12,725 nt of DNA. It comes from Octopus sinensis (Eukaryota). The DNA is taken from NCBI RefSeq assembly GCF_006345805.1, contig NW_021826511.1:1-12725 (forward strand). The letters are read 5' to 3'. Positions within the stretch are counted from its first letter, which is position 1. Each line of letters opens with the position of its first letter. Position numbers and translations under genes: made by a program. This document shows, piece after piece, positions 7,686 through 12,725 of this stretch. The notes beneath the pieces are model-generated. The model had not been told where the DNA came from and ran no database searches. It was given only the letters and a program-made list of their open reading frames with translations.

Positions 7686-8535
7686 CGATGTCTGATCAAT
7701 AAGTTTCCGGACTGTCGTCATAGTAACAAAGCAAAAGCACGCAGTGAGGCCGCTTAACACAGACTGACCTTGAACTATGCTGTACATGCGTAGTAAATTT
7801 TAACGATCCAACTCACTTCTGCTATTTACAGCAGTGCTTAGAAGGAACGTATGTAGTAAGTGATCGTTGCATTGATCATGGCAGAGAAAGTTGTCGTGAC
7901 GATACCTACTCAGAGGCCGACGCAAAGCTGTAGAAAATGTGTGGAGAGGAGTCTACGAATTGTGCACAGGTGTATCATGGGTTCAGACGTTTCCAAGATG
8001 GCCGAAATATGTCGATATTGACGAACGTTCTGGGAGACCCGCGACCAGTAGAACAGAGAAAAACATCGCAAATGTGCGTGCAACTGTAAGGGGGAAATCG
8101 TTCAATCACCATCCGTGATTTTTCAGAGCATGTGCAGTTAAGTTGCAGTTTAGTTCAGTCCATTATCACTGAAGATTTGGGTATGAGACCCGTGTCTGCA
8201 AAGTTTTTGCCAAAATTGCTGACAGAAAAGACACTCAGGTTTCCGTTGCACAAGATCTTGATTGTGTCCAGAACGATGAAAACTTTGAATTCTTTGCGTA
8301 GGCATCTGAGCAGGTATCGCCAAGATTTTGGCAAAATATGTTGCAGATTCTCCGATTAGCTTTCTCTGTTATAGTCAATGCGGTGATCATACGCTACGCA
8401 CGTTCATTCCAAGCACTGCTGTAAACAGCGAAAGTCAGCTAGAACGTTAAAAGTTAGTGCGCATGCAGAGCGGAGTTTAAGGTCAATTTGTGCCAAGCGT
8501 TACTATGGCAACAGTCAGATACTTATTGGTAACTC
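7686..8535 (+). mobile_element. Rearranged non-autonomous mariner element: 5' transposase pseudogene fragment between long inverted arms
   Basis: Left end CGATGTCTGATCAATAAGTTTCCGGACTG; ATG at 7878. Frameshifted translation: MAEKV...DTYSEADAKL*KMCGEE...QVYHGFRRFQDGR..VDIDERSGRPATSRTEKNIANVRATV..NRSITIRDFSEHVQLSCSLVQSIITEDLGMRPVSAKFLPKLL...VSVAQDL.DCVQNDENF (N-terminal HTH region plus the WVPxxL-equivalent linker). 8292-8528 is an inverted copy of 7697-7927. Confidence 0.9.
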
Positions 8536-8997
8536 AATTGGTGGTTGGTGCTGTTGTTAGAAGACAGTGATAATTAGAATAATTTGAGGAAGAAAAGATT
8601 GGGGAAAAAGTGGAAGAAACGGAAGTGGGTGAAGCGAAAAAAAGGAAAGACGAAGAAATTGTAGGTAAACCCATGAATTTTGAAGTACCTTGTCATAAGG
8701 GCTACGATATTTTTGCATTTGACAATCTGGGAAAAGATTGTAACAGCGACCCAAAGGTAGGAAAGGCAAAAGCGTGAAACTATGTTTTCGAATACTACCG
8801 ATATATCGGGGTGTATTTACGCTACGAGATACAGGATGTATTAAATAGCTAATTGGATGCTATTGAAATTGAGCGAGAAAATATTGCAACCTGCAGTTGG
8901 ATACTTTATATGAATTCATATGAGACAAGTAACATGGCTACACACACATACATACATACAGGTACAGATAATATATTACAAGTACAATAACAAATAT

Positions 8998-9008
8998 GCA
9001 CACATATA

Positions 9009-9049
<41 letters not shown>

Positions 9050-9090
9050 TATATAATATACATATGCCGATTTTTATATATGTATGCCGA

Positions 9091-9126
<36 letters not shown>

Positions 9127-9149
9127 GCCGATTTTTATATATGTATGCC

Positions 9150-9186
<37 letters not shown>

Positions 9187-9264
9187 GCCGATTTTTATAT
9201 ATGTATGCCGAGATATATATATATATATATATATATATGCCGATTTTTATATATGTATGCCGAG

Positions 9265-9313
<49 letters not shown>

Positions 9314-9376
9314 TTTTATATATATATACACATATATATACACACACTTTTATATATATATATATATATATATATA
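8998..9376. repeat. (TA)n microsatellite containing a 4-copy minisatellite
   Basis: The 31-nt core ATATGCCGATTTTTATATATGTATGCCGAGA starts at 9062, 9123, 9183 and 9235, with (TA)n spacers. Confidence 0.95.
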
Positions 9377-9424
9377 ACAATTAAATAAATAAAACATATG
9401 CATATGTATATATACATGCATATA

Positions 9425-9602
9425 TGGGTACAGGACACCACAAATAAACGTAGAACACAACGAGAAACGAAAACATAAAGACAAAATAAGGAAAAGGACT
9501 TTTTTTTTAACAACGAAAAAACAAAGTACAGGTCATACGACACAAGGAACATTCCCCTTCTTCAGCTGCCCCTGTTTCGACTCATTGCGTGTTTCGAAGG
9601 TA
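9425..9602. repeat. Interspersed repeat remnant, possibly Penelope-like, between microsatellites
   Basis: A-rich segment ending in CCCCTTCTTCAGCTGCCCCTGTTTCGAC...GTGTTTCGAAGG. Its composition and GTTTCG/CTTCAG motifs resemble 7490-7682, but there is no direct alignment. Weak. Confidence 0.3.
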
Positions 9603-10056
9603 CCGTATATATGTGTGTATATATGTGTGTTTGTGTACACACACACATAAATGGATTCATGGTTCTTCATCGTTTTAACAACGAGTACTGGAAAGTTCAT
9701 ATGTTTACGAATTTATGTGGAAATAAAGCTGAGCATTTCACAAACGTGTATATCTGCTTGTCAGTCTGTGACAAGGCTGTTCATTTGTATAACAAGAACA
9801 ATCTCTTCGACAGTATTCCGTACTTTCCAACTAAATATCTTCTCACATGAGATAGGAGTCGACACAAGGTTTTAGGCAACGATACTTATCCATGTCCGCA
9901 TGGTACGTGATCGCGCCTGCAGTTTCCTGCTCCACAGCCTGCACAAATTATTTGTTAAGAGAGATCAAATGGTTGTGCTGTACAGTTAGCTCACCCCCTC
10001 CGTCAAATTGACGTTGCTTGAACAGATGCATGATGTACCACACGTCGTGTATCGGG

Positions 10057-10293
10057 AAGGCGGCGAGCTGGCCGAAACGTTAGCACGCCGGACGAAATGC
10101 TGAGCGGTATTTCGCCTGTCGTTACACTCTGAGTTCAAATTCCGCCGAGGTCGACTTTGTCTTTCATCCTTTCGGGGTCGATAAATTAAGTACCAGATAC
10201 GCACTCGGGTCGATGTAATCGACTTAATCCGTTTGTCTGTCCTTGTTTGTCCCCTCTGTGTTTAGCCCCTAGTGGGTAGGTAGTAAAGAAATA
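10057..10293 (+). mobile_element. SINE family B copy B2, full length
   Basis: AAGGCGGCGAGCTGGCCGAAACGTTAGC head, B box GAGTTCAAATTCC (10131-10143), tail GTAGTAAAGAAATA; homologous to B1 and B3. Confidence 0.92.
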
Positions 10294-10304
10294 GATATGA
10301 TCGC

Positions 10305-10415
10305 AGTGCAACATGAGATGAAGGGTTTCGCTCAAGAACACGATATAGTATCCGGTTCAGGGAAAGAAGTCACGATCTCGCAATCGTGAGTTCAACTCCC
10401 TACCCAGCTGGCAAT
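10305..10415 (-). mobile_element. Highly diverged fragment (head region) of a family-C-like SINE
   Basis: AGTGCAACATGAGATGAAGGGTTTCGCTCAAGAACAC...CACGATCTCGCAATCGTGAG...CCCTACC parallels GGAGCAACGTGAAATAAAGTGTCTTGCTCAAGGACAC...ACAACCTTACGATCATGAG...CCCTAACC at 10816-10910. Confidence 0.6.
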
Positions 10416-10599
10416 TCGCTTTCACAACTAGAGAAGAACTATACCTGGAAAGACACAAATCATAAGCGTCATATGTCCTAAGAGGACTACCGCTAGCCAT
10501 GAACCAGTTTGATTAAGACGGGTGTGGTACGATTTGAACCCAAATGATTTTGATGCTTACTACATGATGCAACCATAGATACAGTAAGTTGAAGACATA

Positions 10600-10930
10600 A
10601 AGACTAAAAGACTCCGCCGGTTACGACGACGAGGGTCCCAGCTGATACGATCAACGGAACAGCTTGCTCGTGAAATTAACGTGCAAATGGCTGAGCATTC
10701 CACAGGCACGTGTACCGTTAACGTAGTTCTCGGGGATAATCAGCGTGACACAGAGAGTGACAAGGCTGACCCTTTGAAATACAAGTACAACTCATTTTTG
10801 CCAGCTGAGTGGACTGGAGCAACGTGAAATAAAGTGTCTTGCTCAAGGACACAACGCGTCGCCGGGAATCGAACTCACAACCTTACGATCATGAGCCGAA
10901 TGCCCTAACCACTTAGCCACGCGCCCTCAC
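10600..10930 (-). mobile_element. SINE family C copy C1, full length, with perfect 13-bp TSD
   Basis: The reverse complement shows a tRNA-like head with A box TGGCTAAGTGG and B box AGTTCGATTCC, then TGTGTCCTTGAGCAAGACACT...CAGCTG (CORE-like by eye), then a GTCTTTTAGTCTT tail. AGTTGAAGACATA is at 10587-10599 and 10931-10943. Confidence 0.93.
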
Positions 10931-11325
10931 AGTTGAAGACATACTGGATGGTTAAAGCGTGAATGGCTTTCATCACACAGCTACACTATCAAAGATAGCC
11001 CGAAGTTAAACGAAAACAAGAAAGGAAACACCATTATGGATTTGAACGTAAATAGCACGGTTAATTATTGTACAATGTCATAACCCACACGACTATTTCG
11101 ATTCTAAGATATTTCTTTCTCGTAGTGGTCTGCAGACATTTCCTAGCGATGATTTCACAAGAATTGTATTTCGGAGTGATTTTGTTTCACTAATGCTGTA
11201 CAATCGGTGTAGTTTATAGATAAAGTAGACAGTAAAATGTCGAATAAATGTACATTTGATATTTGATTAACGTTGTGAATTGGATGCTGGAGAAAGAAAA
11301 TAAGATTACGACATAAGTATATTAT

Positions 11326-11363
11326 CGCGCGCACGCACACACACACACACACCACACACACAC

Positions 11364-11437
<74 letters not shown>
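11326..11437. repeat. (CA)n microsatellite preceded by (CG)3
   Basis: CGCGCGCACGCACAC... about 110 bp of near-perfect purine/pyrimidine alternation with two small interruptions. Confidence 0.98.
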
Positions 11438-11439
<2 letters not shown>

Positions 11440-11495
11440 ACAGAAGATAAGCTAAAGGAAAATAAATAATACTCACAATGCCAATGTAAATATAA

Positions 11496-11963
11496 TACGT
11501 ATATATCTATATGTATGTATATATGTGTATGTATATATATGATGTGTATGTATATATATGTATGTGTATGTATATATATGTATGTATCTTATGTATATGT
11601 ATCTATATGTATGTATATATAGTGTCTATATGTATCATATATGTATAGTATCTTATCTATATAGTATGTGTGTGGTGTGTGTATATATGATATATATATA
11701 TGTGTGTGTATATATCTATATGTATATGTGTGGTGTGTTGTATATATGTATGTGTGTGTGTGTGTTGTGTGTATATATGTATATATATATATGTGTGTGT
11801 ATATATATATATGTATGTATGTGTTGTGTATGTATATATGTATATGTGTGTGTATATGTATGATGTATATGTGTGTATATGTTGTATATGTATATGTGTG
11901 TATATATGTGTGTATATATGTATGTGTATAGTGTATATGTATGTATATATTTATATGTATGTG

Positions 11964-12000
<37 letters not shown>
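11496..12000. repeat. Compound (TA)/(TG)/(TATG) low-complexity tract, about 500 bp
   Basis: Seen directly; it produces the Y/I/V/C/M-rich and H/T/I/Y-rich artefactual ORFs. Confidence 0.98.
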
Positions 12001-12005
<5 letters not shown>

Positions 12006-12356
12006 ATAGTGCATTCATTTATTCGAAGCTAAATCTCCATTTCCATCTCTATCACCAATTTTTTGCAGCTTGTTATTATTCTGTGCTTTTGCGAATGTGC
12101 AAATTTAAACTAACACTCCTACACAAACACGCTTGTCCACAAAAACAAGTCCATACACGTATCCATTTTACTGATTTGCTTCTTTCCTCGCTGGGCCAAT
12201 AGTTGCGATGATTTTAGTCTATCTTACTCATCCCATTGTGTACTCCAGTCAGTCTGTATTTAACAATTCGCTTTTGTTAAACCACACATTCGTTGATTAG
12301 TATGGGACGCAGTGACGAAGAACAGTGGTTATGAAACAACTGTAAAATGTAAATAT

Positions 12357-12467
12357 CGGTGAGCTGGCAGAAACGTTAGTACGCCGGGCGAAATGCTTAG
12401 CGGTATTTTGTCTGTCGTTACGTTCTGAGTTCAAATTCCGCCGAAATCGACTTAGCTTTTCATCCTT
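12357..12467 (+). mobile_element. SINE family B copy B3, 3'-truncated
   Basis: CGGTGAGCTGGCAGAAACGTTAGTACGCCGGGCG...GAGTTCAAATTCCGCCGA...TTTCATCCTT; similarity to B2 then stops abruptly. Confidence 0.9.
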
Positions 12468-12469
12468 CA

Positions 12470-12725
12470 CAAAGCAACGGAAATGTACGGGGTAAAGAAG
12501 GAAAACCTGGCCTCACGCTACGGTATGAGAATTTGAAAAGAAAACTCTGCATTGTGCCACGAAATATCCGTAGATATGAGTGTAGACAAGAAAGTAAAAT
12601 GATTTGAGAAGAGTTCCTGAAGAACCCATATAGGGTTGCGAAGAAATTGTTCATTGAACCAAAGAGTGGTACATTAATGTGCACGAAACAAGTCTGATAG
12701 CATCTTGTATGAGAGAAAACAGAAA
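12470..12725 (+). pseudogene. Decayed non-LTR retrotransposon ORF fragment, pre-RT region (HERO/R4/NeSL-like, restriction-like-endonuclease group)
   Basis: The frame from 12470 gives GLTLRYENLKRKLCIVPRNIRRYECRQESKMI*EEFLKNPYRVAKKLFIEPKSGTLMCTKQV**HL. This resembles the LR+KL..LRRAE..RR...F..NPY.F.K.LF...KSG.L.CS+EE...HL pattern upstream of RT in such elements. By eye only; it runs off the window. Confidence 0.55.

Noticed and set aside
9062-9265. CRISPR-like repeat-spacer array
   Set aside because: The spacers are only (TA)n, the context is eukaryotic and there are no cas genes.
9545-9600. Second hammerhead candidate (CUGAAGA and CGAAAC on the minus strand)
   Set aside because: No GAAA follows a stem II after CUGAAGA, and no consistent three-stem fold could be drawn.
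10860-10930. tRNA genes at the SINE heads (also about 950-1015 and 10060-10145)
   Set aside because: A/B boxes are present, but there is no complete acceptor stem, and each continues into a repeated SINE body.
8920-12202. Y/I/V/C/H/T-rich ORFs at 8920-9552 and 11155-12202
   Set aside because: These are translations of (TA)n, (CA)n and (TG)n tracts, which lack stop codons in several frames.
1-12725. Neighbouring receptor exons (the upstream AFxxAVxxIN exon and the downstream LxRLQE exon)
   Set aside because: Not found in the minus-strand non-repeat stretches I translated (e.g. 4230-4460, 8540-8770, 9600-10050, 12000-12350). They probably lie outside the window.

Overview
AT-rich, repeat-dense animal genomic DNA. 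The repeat families look like those of Octopus/coleoid cephalopods; this is inferred from recognising the repeats, not from a search. The only host coding sequence I can support is one 258-bp internal exon on the minus strand (6322-6579, phase 1-1, canonical AG/GTAAGT). It encodes part of the amino-terminal domain of a kainate-type ionotropic glutamate receptor, so the rest of the window is probably intron. That intronic DNA holds three tRNA-derived SINE families (my labels A, B, C; about 11 copies, one nested inside another), a TA-flanked pogo-like MITE, a TTAA-flanked piggyBac-like MITE, a rearranged mariner relic with about 235-bp inverted arms, two decayed LINE ORF fragments, Penelope-like repeat remnants and many micro/minisatellites. 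Almost all ORFs in the supplied track are artefacts of repeats. I found no clearly new gene system. The best leads are: a degenerate minimal hammerhead-ribozyme core on the pre-mRNA sense strand (7589-7623); the long-inverted-arm mariner; an unidentified coding-like GC island (5754-5879); a pre-miRNA-sized hairpin (2171-2224); a stem-loop shared by two SINE families; and inverted SINE pairs around and downstream of the symmetric receptor exon.
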